A DNA stretch of 64,000 nt from Nitrospirota bacterium (GTDB lineage: Bacteria > Nitrospirota > UBA9217), in contig CAVUCU010000005.1 in assembly GCA_963740085.1 (NCBI GenBank), positions 288,001 to 352,000 of the forward strand, in the 5' to 3' direction. The notes under the pieces were generated by a model. It was not told the origin of the DNA. It worked only from the letters and a program-made list of their open reading frames with translations, and made no database searches. Position 1 is the stretch's first letter. Every line of letters starts with the position of its first letter. Of the stretch, positions 34,485 to 42,976 are shown piece after piece. The position numbers and the translations under genes were made by a program.

Positions 34485-34929
34485 GGGGCTTCCCCTTCGC
34501 GATCATCTCCTTGCAATAGGCATAAAGCGCATCGTATACGATCCATTCGGCCGCGTTGATCGCGTGGTCGTCCTTGAGTCCCAGGTGCCGGAATCCTTCG
34601 GCGATCGCGTTCAGGCCCGGCCCCTCGGGCTGGTGATGAAGGCTGTTATCGGTGTCCGCGCCGTTCACGATCCTGGCGAGAAGGACAAGGGCCGGGTCTT
34701 TCGCGAGATCGTACTTCTTCACGATCGCGTCAAATGAGCATTCCTTGCCGTGATGTCCCAGCTCCGCGTTCGGAACGTCAAAGGGAATCGCACTGATTCG
34801 TGCGGCCTCGGACCGGACCTTCTCTGCAGGTACAAAGAAAAATTCAGCGTCCTTGTCCACGAACTTTTTAATGAGCCAGGGACAGGCAACTCGATCCACC
34901 TTTACTTTTTCACGGGTGATCCATTTCAC
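34465..34929 (-). CDS. Chromate-resistance ChrB C-terminal-domain protein
   Basis: WITR..KVDRVACPWLIKKFVD, PFD, H..CSFD, YDALY; GTG start after GGAG RBS; overlaps MFS start. Confidence 0.85.
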   Translation of the reverse strand: MKWITREKVKVDRVACPWLIKKFVDKDAEFFFVPAEKVRSEAARISAIPFDVPNAELGHHGKECSFDAIVKKYDLAKDPALVLLARIVNGADTDNSLHHQPEGPGLNAIAEGFRHLGLKDDHAINAAEWIVYDALYAYCKEMIAKGKPHGAYAA

Positions 34930-35007
34930 GGATGTCTCCTCTTCTGCCCGGCGGGCTGGACGACCGCAGAGGACGCCCCAGCACAATGAGAAAACCTTTG
35001 TTGCCAC

Positions 35008-36771
35008 CTACTCAAATTCCGGCATACGCAGCACCCCGGTACGCGAAGAAGGCCCGAGCGATCCGATCGTTCTGAGCACGGGCTGCACTTCTTCCAGTGT
35101 GCGCGCAAGGGCGCTTTCGGTTTCGTCCTCAGTACCGAATGATATCAGGCCTGAGATCCTCTTGGACAGCGATTTCTTTTCAGGAAAGATTTTTAAACGT
35201 ACAGGCGCGTTTTCCCGAAGCTTGGCTGCAGTACGTACAAGCTGCAAAGCCGCGGGGAATCCGCCCAATTCGTCCACCAGACCCAGTCTCTTCGCATCCT
35301 CTCCGGTCCAGATCCGGCCCTTTGCGATCTTTTCCACCTCTTCCTTAGATAGTTTCCTGCTTGTGGCGACCTTGGTGGTGAAGTCGTCATATACGCGGTC
35401 GAGCCATTGGCTGAACCGGGCCCGCTGTTCCGGCGTAAAGTCGCTGGTCTGGGTCCAGGCGTTGGCGTTCCTGCTTGTGTGCACCTCGTCCCAGGTCACG
35501 CCGAGCTTGTTCCAGAACCCGGTCGTGATCAGCTTCCCGCCGAAGACACCGATGGACCCCGTGATCGTCCCCGGCTGGGCCACGATCTTGTCAGCCGCCA
35601 TGGCAATGAAATAACCGCCCGAGGCCGCCGTCCCGCCCATGGATGCTATGACCGGTTTTCCCGCTTTTTTCGCGTTGATGAGCTCGCGCCAGATGGTGTC
35701 CGAGGCCACATAGGACCCGCCGGGGCTGTCGACGCGGAACAGGATGGCCTTCACGTCCTTGTCCTCCACCGCCGCCCGTATCGCGGATGCGATCGTATCC
35801 GAGCCCATGATGATCTCACCGGTAGCGGGTTCATATCCGCTCTTCCCGCGCATGATCCCGCCAACGCCGTAGATCAACGCAATGGTCGTCCCCTTCTTGT
35901 AGGGGCTGCCGGCCCGCTTCCGGTATTCCGTCAGCGAAAGAAACTCGGCCTTTGCGCCCGCCTTTTCCTTGATCCTGTCGTAGGCCTCGTCACGGTACCC
36001 CAACCCGTCGATCAGCTTCGCGTCCACCGCTTGCTGACCAAGGAACGGCCCTTCGTTGATAAGCGAACGGACCTGCTCTTCGGCAAGCCTGCGTGAAGCA
36101 GAGATCCCCTTGACGATCTGGCTGAACTGGGACCCCATCACCTGCATGATCTCTTCACGGTGCGGCGGTAAATACCTGCGCTCGGTGAACATGTACCGGT
36201 AGGACTTGTATTCCTTCCTGCCGTCTATGCGCGGGACGATGCCGAGTTTGTCCAGGGTCCCGCGGACAAAGGGCTGCTCGAAGATGAGCCCGGTGAGTCC
36301 CACGTCGCCGGAGGGCTGAAGATAGATCGTGTCGAACGCCGTCGCGAGATAGTAGGAAGAGTTCCCCGGGGCAGCCTCGCCAAAGGTCTCCGCATAGGCG
36401 ATCGCGGGTTTGCCTGTTGCGCGGAAGGCGATGATCGCATCCCTCACCTCCTGTACCTGCGCCAGCCTCACGCCCGACTGGCCCACCCTGGCCACCAGCC
36501 CCTTGACCCGGTCGTCTTTCGACGCCTTCTGAAGCGCCTCCACCACGTCGCGCACACGCACCTTTTTCGTCAACAGGACCCGGGCAAGGCCGTCGTCGGG
36601 AACGTGCTCGATCATCCCCTGCTCGAAGTCAGCTTCCAGTATCACCCGGCCCGGCACTCGGCCGGTGAAGAGCCAGTAATAGAGTCCGATCGCGGTCACG
36701 ATAAGAATAAGAAGAACGAAAAAGATAGTTGAACAACCGCTTCTGCTCTGCCTTCGGTCATCTCCGTACAT
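35008..36771 (-). CDS. sppA: Signal peptide peptidase SppA (long form)
   Basis: RVDSPGGS, AASGGY, ITGSIGV. Confidence 0.95.
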   Translation of the reverse strand: MYGDDRRQSRSGCSTIFFVLLILIVTAIGLYYWLFTGRVPGRVILEADFEQGMIEHVPDDGLARVLLTKKVRVRDVVEALQKASKDDRVKGLVARVGQSGVRLAQVQEVRDAIIAFRATGKPAIAYAETFGEAAPGNSSYYLATAFDTIYLQPSGDVGLTGLIFEQPFVRGTLDKLGIVPRIDGRKEYKSYRYMFTERRYLPPHREEIMQVMGSQFSQIVKGISASRRLAEEQVRSLINEGPFLGQQAVDAKLIDGLGYRDEAYDRIKEKAGAKAEFLSLTEYRKRAGSPYKKGTTIALIYGVGGIMRGKSGYEPATGEIIMGSDTIASAIRAAVEDKDVKAILFRVDSPGGSYVASDTIWRELINAKKAGKPVIASMGGTAASGGYFIAMAADKIVAQPGTITGSIGVFGGKLITTGFWNKLGVTWDEVHTSRNANAWTQTSDFTPEQRARFSQWLDRVYDDFTTKVATSRKLSKEEVEKIAKGRIWTGEDAKRLGLVDELGGFPAALQLVRTAAKLRENAPVRLKIFPEKKSLSKRISGLISFGTEDETESALARTLEEVQPVLRTIGSLGPSSRTGVLRMPEFE

Positions 36772-36815
36772 GGATAGCCTCCTTTTCAGTGATGCGGTGA
36801 TAAAGATTGTGATTG

Positions 36816-36936
36816 TTTCTCGCGGAGACGCAGAGGCCGCGGAGAGTAAAACGATAAGTCTCTAGATCATCTCGTCTAGCCCGGCATCCTCTGTTCTGCA
36901 AGAGACGCCTTTTGGTTCCTCTCTGTCAAGGCTAGG
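36816..36936. repeat. Nonamer-periodic palindromic element with degenerate TTTGGTTCC end
   Basis: tctcgcggagacgcagaggccgcggaga ... ttctgcaagagacgccttttggttcc. Confidence 0.6.
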
Positions 36937-37066
36937 AAAAGAATAGAGGATTTTTTCGGAAATGGCAAGGACCGCTTTGATGATCGGGGATAACTCGGGT
37001 ATTTGCTTCTCGGATGGCTTAAAAGAGACACGATGTCAGGGAACAGGGTCAGGCCCGCTGAGCGTT

Positions 37067-37097
37067 AAAAGAAGGAGAGAGGGATGCCCTCTCTCCC
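37067..37097 (-). terminator. Intrinsic terminator after the cytochrome c gene
   Basis: GGAGAGAGGG/CCCTCTCTCC stem followed by TTCTTTT on the minus strand. Confidence 0.65.
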
Positions 37098-37112
37098 ATG
37101 GATAAGACAGGA

Positions 37113-37493
37113 TCAGCAACCAACTGCGGCTTTTTTCTTGGCCGGTGCGGCGCCTTTCGGCGGTATGCTCTTCATGTAGGACACAAGGTCCTTCATCTGT
37201 TCGGACTTCACGTCCAGGGCCTTGCCCTTGAGCGCCAAAGTAATGCAGACGTTGGTCGCCTCTTCGAGGGACGTAAACTCCCCGCCCGGGTTTTTCCACA
37301 TCGTCTTGCTGCCGACCCCTTCGAGGCCTTTGCCGTCGGGGTGACAGGTGTTGCAGGATTTTCCCACTGTTCCGAGCTTCGTGTCGTTGAACAGGGCCTT
37401 TCCACGGTCTTCAGGCGTGTGATGCATCGCGAGCACTGCGGAAGCGAGCAGCATCGCGATCGCGACAAGCGCAATAATCTTCAATGACTTCAT
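37113..37493 (-). CDS. Small monoheme c-type cytochrome
   Basis: GGAGG RBS, signal peptide, RGKALF, CNTCH heme motif. Confidence 0.85.
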   Translation of the reverse strand: MKSLKIIALVAIAMLLASAVLAMHHTPEDRGKALFNDTKLGTVGKSCNTCHPDGKGLEGVGSKTMWKNPGGEFTSLEEATNVCITLALKGKALDVKSEQMKDLVSYMKSIPPKGAAPAKKKAAVGC

Positions 37494-37911
37494 TCTTTTT
37501 TCACCTCCTTTCCCTTTAAAAGTTATATCAACCGGCTTGAACGGGAATCTTCCGCTTTTTCGGCCGGACAAAGATATTTTGGTAAACCAATAATGCGGAT
37601 AGATGAGAGTATAGCACATATTTGTCGGGGACAGGGGCACATCGGATGAATTTCCCCAATCGGGCAACGCAACAAATCCATTGAGTTTTTGCGGGAAGTT
37701 GGTATCTTTACCCTATCAAAATGATGCTATTAGTTGTATTGTGCAGCGATTCAAGGCAAGGGGGGGCACAAGCACCGGCCCCTGGAAGCGTTCGGCAACA
37801 AGCCTGGCGCGAACCACTTCGCAGGATGACCTCATCTCAATCCACGAACGATAGAGGTGAATGAGCACCATCAGAAAGTTGACGATTGAATTCTTTTACG
37901 AGGTTTGACGC

Positions 37912-38214
37912 ATGGAGCCAATAAGCAAGACGCAAAAGAAGAAAGAGGCCCTGTCTTTACAGGCACTGGGAGAGCGGCTGGTGACCCTTTCGGTCGAACA
38001 ACTCAAGAACATCGAACTGCCGTCAGACCTGTTCAACGCCGTCATCCTGGCAAAAAAGCTCAAGAAACACGGCGCGCGGCTGAGGCAGATGCAGTATATC
38101 GGCACCTTGATGCGTAAATATGACCCTCAGCCTGTGCAAGAGGCCCTTTTGCGTATGGAACAGGGGAACCGCGGCCGATCCGCGGAGCACGGGAGGAGAA
38201 ACGTAGCGGTATGA
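37912..38214 (+). CDS. YjgA/DUF615 ribosome-associated protein (short form)
   Basis: SKTQKKKE..LQALGERL, RQMQYIG.LMR. Confidence 0.85.
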   Translation: MEPISKTQKKKEALSLQALGERLVTLSVEQLKNIELPSDLFNAVILAKKLKKHGARLRQMQYIGTLMRKYDPQPVQEALLRMEQGNRGRSAEHGRRNVAV

Positions 38215-38266
38215 GTCGATAGCCGGACGGTCCAGGACCCCGGTTGACGCCCGATCCCTTGAAGCT

Positions 38267-38410
38267 TTACCTGGTCTCTCCCTCTTCCGTAGCCGGAACA
38301 GGCTTCTCTGCTGCGTTTTTTTCCAGCTTGCGCTGCTTCTTTTCCTCGTTCTTTTTTTTCTTCGCTATTTCCTTCTGACGCTTTTGAAAATCAAAATTCG
38401 GTTTCGCCAA
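38267..38410 (-). CDS. Small Lys/Glu-rich protein (47 aa), not in the ORF track
   Basis: GGAG RBS, TTG start, MAKPNFDFQKRQKEIAKKKKNEEKKQRKLEK... Confidence 0.7.
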   Translation of the reverse strand: MAKPNFDFQKRQKEIAKKKKNEEKKQRKLEKNAAEKPVPATEEGETR

Positions 38411-38551
38411 TGATTGCTCCTTTGAGAAATTATTTATTGATCCGGCATGTGGTAACCATGACTGCCCTATTATACAGGGATGACGAACAGGATGTATACA
38501 TACTTATGTGAGGAGGAGCGGCAAGGTCCTTCCTGCCCGAAAGTATTGGAG

Positions 38552-39838
38552 CTATATCTCCCAGGGATAACCGATGAAGATCGCCGGGGAGACCCCTTCT
38601 TTCCCGAAACCGATATCACCCCGGAACACAACGCCCGACGCGGTAACCACCCTGAGCCCGAAGCCGTAGGAATCGCGCATCTCCTTCCTCTTTGTTATAT
38701 CGCTGCGGACGTCGGAGGTGGCGCCGGTCTCGTAGAACAGGGAGACCTGGACCGAGGTGCGAACGTCCTTCATGACGAAAATGTCAAAGGGCGTCCGCTC
38801 ATCGGTGAGGTTCCACCGGATCTCGGTACCGTAGAACAGCGTGTGCGCCCCCTTGTAACGGCCCTGAGGATACCCGCGCAGCCTGCTGAACCCGCCGAGA
38901 GACGTGGCGGTCCCGTATTTGTTGTTCGCGATCATGTTGGCTATCACCTCGTTGCAGAATTGCTGCTGTTCGGGATCGGTGACCGTGCTGCAGTTCAATC
39001 CCTGCTGCTGTTGAAGCTTTGCCGGGTCTGTTTCTCCCTGCCGGTTCACGACCGCGTCCGAGCGCAGGACATTGAACGCCCAGGTGCTCCTCCTTCCGAG
39101 CGGGATATAGGCGGTTGTGTTGTAATCCATCACGTAAAAGTCCGGCCCGGAGTCCCGTGGCGGCGTCTGCGAACGGGTCACGTCGATCCGGATCCCCCGG
39201 CGGGGGTCACTGTAGTCATCGGTCAGGTCGAGCCTGGTCCCGAACAGCGTGTTGTGGCCGCGACTACGGGAAGAATCCTGGGCTTCGACGATGACATTCC
39301 CGTCCTTGTCCCTTATGCTTTTCAGCTTCATGGCTCCCTGGTACCATGCCCCGTAGACCTCAAAGCGGCGTTCAAAGAACGTCGCGGTCATGCGGCCGCC
39401 CTCGTATTCCGTATCGCCGAATTCGATCAGCCGGTAATCATGCTTGTCCGTGTTCATGCCCCGCTGGCTGTAGCTCTGTATCGTCGCTTCGTTGACCGTT
39501 CCGTATCCGATGTCCAGGATGAGCGTTCGGGGAACGAGGTGGATATCGGCAACGCCGAGGGAGGCGCCCCTCACCTCGCCCGAAAATAGTATCCCGTAGA
39601 CATCCGTATAGGTGTCCATGACATTCATCATGCCGCCGACCAGGCCGATGCCCTTGCCGATGCCCGGCAGGCTGTAGGGGTAGGGAAAGAGCGCGTAACC
39701 GGGGTCCTTCGAGAACTGCTCCTTGCGTCGATCGACGATGATCGAATGATCCGCCGGGTCCTCTACCGCTGCAGCAGGGGAGCCGAGCATGCAGACAAGA
39801 CAGGCGGCGAACAGAAGCCTCAGGAGAAGCCTTTGCAT
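38552..39838 (-). CDS. Outer-membrane beta-barrel, Omp85/BamA-TamA-like
   Basis: Signal peptide, LRGY..GRY motif, alternating beta strands, aromatic C-terminus. Confidence 0.75.
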   Translation of the reverse strand: MQRLLLRLLFAACLVCMLGSPAAAVEDPADHSIIVDRRKEQFSKDPGYALFPYPYSLPGIGKGIGLVGGMMNVMDTYTDVYGILFSGEVRGASLGVADIHLVPRTLILDIGYGTVNEATIQSYSQRGMNTDKHDYRLIEFGDTEYEGGRMTATFFERRFEVYGAWYQGAMKLKSIRDKDGNVIVEAQDSSRSRGHNTLFGTRLDLTDDYSDPRRGIRIDVTRSQTPPRDSGPDFYVMDYNTTAYIPLGRRSTWAFNVLRSDAVVNRQGETDPAKLQQQQGLNCSTVTDPEQQQFCNEVIANMIANNKYGTATSLGGFSRLRGYPQGRYKGAHTLFYGTEIRWNLTDERTPFDIFVMKDVRTSVQVSLFYETGATSDVRSDITKRKEMRDSYGFGLRVVTASGVVFRGDIGFGKEGVSPAIFIGYPWEI

Positions 39839-39923
39839 CGAATACCCCCTTTGTCGCTACAGTCGTATTGTTTCAGGCCGAATGAACGAGAGGTCGCTAT
39901 TATTTAACATGATTGATTTAAAG

Positions 39924-40586
39924 TCAAGGACGTTGCTGATTTTCATGGTCAGGATCCGATGCTTTTTTTATTTTTGACTTCAGCCATTTATACGGCAGGA
40001 ACATGGAGACCCTTGCCTGATAGGCGCGATATTCCTCCCCAAATTCCCTTACCAGTTTTTTTTCTTCCAGAAATGCCCCGATGATCAAATAGGCGGTGAG
40101 GATCACATTAACCATGAGAGCGGAAATGTCCAGTTGCCCCGCCCAGACAAGGAATATGCCTGCTGAATACCAGGGATGCCGGATGATGTCCAGGACACCC
40201 GACGTGTCCAGCTTGCCTGATTCTGTTGCCGCCTCGTTCAAGGTCCCTTCTTGTATCTGTCGGATCCCCAGGAGTTGACGTGCATCATAGTGGCGCGCCC
40301 CAAGAAATAACAACAGGACAGCGGTACCGAATAAAAGAACCTGGACTATCCGTAAATATCCATCCCAGGAGAATAGCGGTTGTGTTCGAAGCGAATAGGA
40401 AAACAGCACCACGGGCACGAGGGTGAGGACTGCAACCGCATTATAAAATAAACGATAGTAACGGAATCGAGACCCCAGGCTCCTCTTGAGGTATTCCATC
40501 ACCGATATCGATATCATTGCGCTGTGCAAAAAGCACCATGCGATAACGAGCACCGCGAGGACCAGATATTTTGCGTGATCTACCAT
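39924..40586 (-). CDS. ICMT/NnrU-like integral-membrane methyltransferase-family protein
   Basis: FLHS, RHPWY, EEKKLV..FGEEY..Y motifs. Confidence 0.8.
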   Translation of the reverse strand: MVDHAKYLVLAVLVIAWCFLHSAMISISVMEYLKRSLGSRFRYYRLFYNAVAVLTLVPVVLFSYSLRTQPLFSWDGYLRIVQVLLFGTAVLLLFLGARHYDARQLLGIRQIQEGTLNEAATESGKLDTSGVLDIIRHPWYSAGIFLVWAGQLDISALMVNVILTAYLIIGAFLEEKKLVREFGEEYRAYQARVSMFLPYKWLKSKIKKASDPDHENQQRP

Positions 40587-40646
40587 TCCACTTCCTCGAC
40601 ATTCAGTAACTAAGAAAGCAAACTATTCTCGAAACATTAAAAATTT

Positions 40647-40788
40647 TCTCGCAGCGGCGCAGAGTTCTAAGAGAAAAACTCGCAAAGCGTTCCGGTTTAA
40701 AACAAATACTTACCGTTTTTGATTTAACTCTGCGTTCTCTGCGTGCTCTGCGAGAGATGCCCTTTGGTTCCGGCTTGTCCGGGTCAGG
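40647..40788. mobile_element. Nonamer palindromic element with TTTGGTTCCGGCTTGTCCGGGT right end
   Basis: ctcgcagcggcgcagagttctaagaga ... ctctgcgttctctgcgtgctctgcgagag, then ctttggttccggcttgtccgggtcagg. Confidence 0.7.
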
Positions 40789-40903
40789 ATAATTGCTTCT
40801 CGAAGCGGTATAAGCCCCTCGGTGATGGCAGACTGAAGCGAATTTGATCCATACTTTGGCTCAGAATGACAATTAATAGTGAAAAAAGGTCCCGCGGGCT
40901 TTT

Positions 40904-41197
40904 CTACCCGCAGCACCCGGCGGAGTTATCGCCGCAATCGCAGGATGGCGGACCGCCGGTCACCATACTGTTGATGATGGCTGCGGCGCAGCCCACGCCG
41001 GCGTTGACGGTGATCGCGCCGAACTCGCAGTTCAGGGCGCAGGCCCCGCATTCCATGCATTGGTCCCTGTCCGTGATCGCCGCGCGCTTGTCGCGCATCT
41101 CGAAGACCCTCTGCGGGCAGACCTCGACGCACCTGCCGCAGCCGGTGCACTTTTCCCGTGCGTATTGAAGTGTCGTCACGTTGGCAAGGTATTTCAT
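40904..41197 (-). CDS. hgcB: Mercury-methylation ferredoxin HgcB
   Basis: CTGCGRCVEVCP, CMECGACALNC, GVGCA, C-terminal CDC...GCCG; ATGA overlap with hgcA. Confidence 0.96.
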   Translation of the reverse strand: MKYLANVTTLQYAREKCTGCGRCVEVCPQRVFEMRDKRAAITDRDQCMECGACALNCEFGAITVNAGVGCAAAIINSMVTGGPPSCDCGDNSAGCCG

Positions 41198-42285
41198 ACG
41201 ATCCCCCATTCCCTGAGCTTGAAAACGGCCATCAGAAGCAACGATATGCTCGCAGCGCCGATGTAGAGCGGGATGCTGATCTTAAGTTCTTTTCTGACCC
41301 CTGACATGCCCGTAAAGGTCGTCGAGCCTGTGAACTGGAGGGCGAGGTAGGAGCTCAGCGCGGGAAACAGGAGATAGGCGACGCTCAACAGCAACGGGTC
41401 CCGTGCCGTCCCGACAGGCCTGAAAAAATGTAAGGAAAGAAACACCGACAGCACTCCCACGATCCAGCCTTTTATCGCGAAGGAGCGGAACGGGACAAAG
41501 GGCAGCAACACCGGGGTCACGAGCGCGCCGGCGAACACCGCGAGCAGTGCCAGAAAAAGGAACGGCAGTCCGCCAAACCACGCCTGTTTGAACAGAAGAC
41601 CCTGCGGCTCAAGTCCGAAGATCAAAAGAATACCGCCTGCCAGCCAGGGGAACTTTTTCATGGCAGGATTGATCTCCATGGGCGTCAGGACCAGCCGGTC
41701 GAGCAGCGAGAACCTGATGGTCCCCATCTCTTTTGTTTTTTTATAGCCCGCCCGAACGAATGCAGGGATGTCCCGTGCCTGCACCGGGCCGAAGGTGACC
41801 CGAAATCCGGTTTTCTTCTGGACCAGGCTTGCATTCACGCCCACGGCCCCGAGCTGAGGCAGGATGATCCTTCGGTGGCTCACCACCGCGTCGAGCTTTG
41901 CTTCGGTAATACGCTTGATCAACTCGTCGGCGCCGAACGTGCCTTTGCCTGCCGCGCACCAGACGTTGATGCTCCTGGTGTCCAGAACAAGGACCCAGGC
42001 GTTCATGCCCTTGAGTTCACGGCGGAGAAGATCGAAGGTCAGTTTATAGTTCGCGGTGACGAAGACATCGGAATCCCGAGAGGGCCCGCCGACCGCGTAC
42101 AGCCCCGGCATGACCGCATACTTCATGCGATAGGCGCCGGTCCTGCTTTTGATCATACCCCGGAAGTCTTCTCGGGTCCAGTCGGTCGATACCGTGAACA
42201 CGGAACCCGCCGGGGTCGCAAGCGTGCCCGTGGTCCAGTACGGCGCCTCCTTTTTCACGAACTTCAATGTCTGCATAGTCTGCAT
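41194..42285 (-). CDS. hgcA: Mercury-methylation corrinoid protein HgcA
   Basis: PGLYAVG, VTANYKLTFD, cap helix INVWCAAGKGTF, C-terminal TM region with FTGSTTFTG.SGV. Confidence 0.97.
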   Translation of the reverse strand: MQTMQTLKFVKKEAPYWTTGTLATPAGSVFTVSTDWTREDFRGMIKSRTGAYRMKYAVMPGLYAVGGPSRDSDVFVTANYKLTFDLLRRELKGMNAWVLVLDTRSINVWCAAGKGTFGADELIKRITEAKLDAVVSHRRIILPQLGAVGVNASLVQKKTGFRVTFGPVQARDIPAFVRAGYKKTKEMGTIRFSLLDRLVLTPMEINPAMKKFPWLAGGILLIFGLEPQGLLFKQAWFGGLPFLFLALLAVFAGALVTPVLLPFVPFRSFAIKGWIVGVLSVFLSLHFFRPVGTARDPLLLSVAYLLFPALSSYLALQFTGSTTFTGMSGVRKELKISIPLYIGAASISLLLMAVFKLREWGIV

Positions 42286-42306
42286 AAAAAATCGCCTCGC
42301 TTTATT

Positions 42307-42360
42307 CTAACCCGGACAAGCCGGAAACAGAAGTTATTTTCGCGCAAAGCCGCAATGGCC
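42307..42360. repeat. Left end of the MITE-like family plus a partial nonamer arm
   Basis: ctaacccggacaagccggaaacagaag is the near reverse complement of 40762-40788; followed by cgcgcaaagccgcaa. Confidence 0.65.
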
Positions 42361-42422
42361 TATGAAAGAAAAGCGGCCACTTAGCGAATCACGCAAAGGA
42401 AATCTTATAAGACCGGGGAACA

Positions 42423-42932
42423 TCATGGCTTTTTGCGCAGCATGGCGAGCGCCTGTTTATCGGCAAGCACCACTGACGTCTCCGTCTGCCGTTCGGGAAT
42501 ATTCCAGTATTTCCTGAGCAGTCGCTCCTTGTTTTCGTACGACACCAGCGTGAATCCATGTTGTGCATAGAACCTGATAGCCCAGGTCGCCGCCTGCCAG
42601 GTACCGACAAGCATCGGTCGTGTGGCGATCGTCTTGAGGTGAGAGATCAACCTGCGGCCGATGCCCCTGTTGCGGCGTTTCGTTCTCACGTACGCGTGCC
42701 TGATGAGCGTCACGTCCTGCACGTCCTGAATTCCCATGACGCCGAGGAGTTCACCGTGCTCCTCATAACCCCAGAACACGATGCCGGAGTCCAATTCATG
42801 ACGGAGATAGTCCTGCGACATGTACGGCTCGTGCCATTGGTCATCCGGGATCACGCCCTTGTATGCCCGCGCCGCGTCGTTGATGATCTCCAAGATCGCG
42901 TCAAAATCGTTATTTGTGCAAAGACGGATCAT
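42423..42932 (-). CDS. GNAT N-acetyltransferase
   Basis: HAYV...RNRGIGRRL acetyl-CoA motif, AIRFY..HGF. Confidence 0.9.
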   Translation of the reverse strand: MIRLCTNNDFDAILEIINDAARAYKGVIPDDQWHEPYMSQDYLRHELDSGIVFWGYEEHGELLGVMGIQDVQDVTLIRHAYVRTKRRNRGIGRRLISHLKTIATRPMLVGTWQAATWAIRFYAQHGFTLVSYENKERLLRKYWNIPERQTETSVVLADKQALAMLRKKP

Positions 42933-42976
42933 ATTTTTTTCAGCACCAAAGGATGTAGGGGTATCTGAGACTCAGC

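Noticed and set aside
42286-42309. Selenocysteine-containing N-terminal extension of HgcA, or Sec at the HgcB C-terminus
   Set aside because: The frame upstream of hgcA reaches TAG within 8 codons with no Cys-TGA, and HgcB ends GCCG-TAG.
40904-42932. hgcAB or the GNAT gene as integron cassettes
   Set aside because: They lie downstream of intI, on the side opposite attI, and no attC structure was found beside them.
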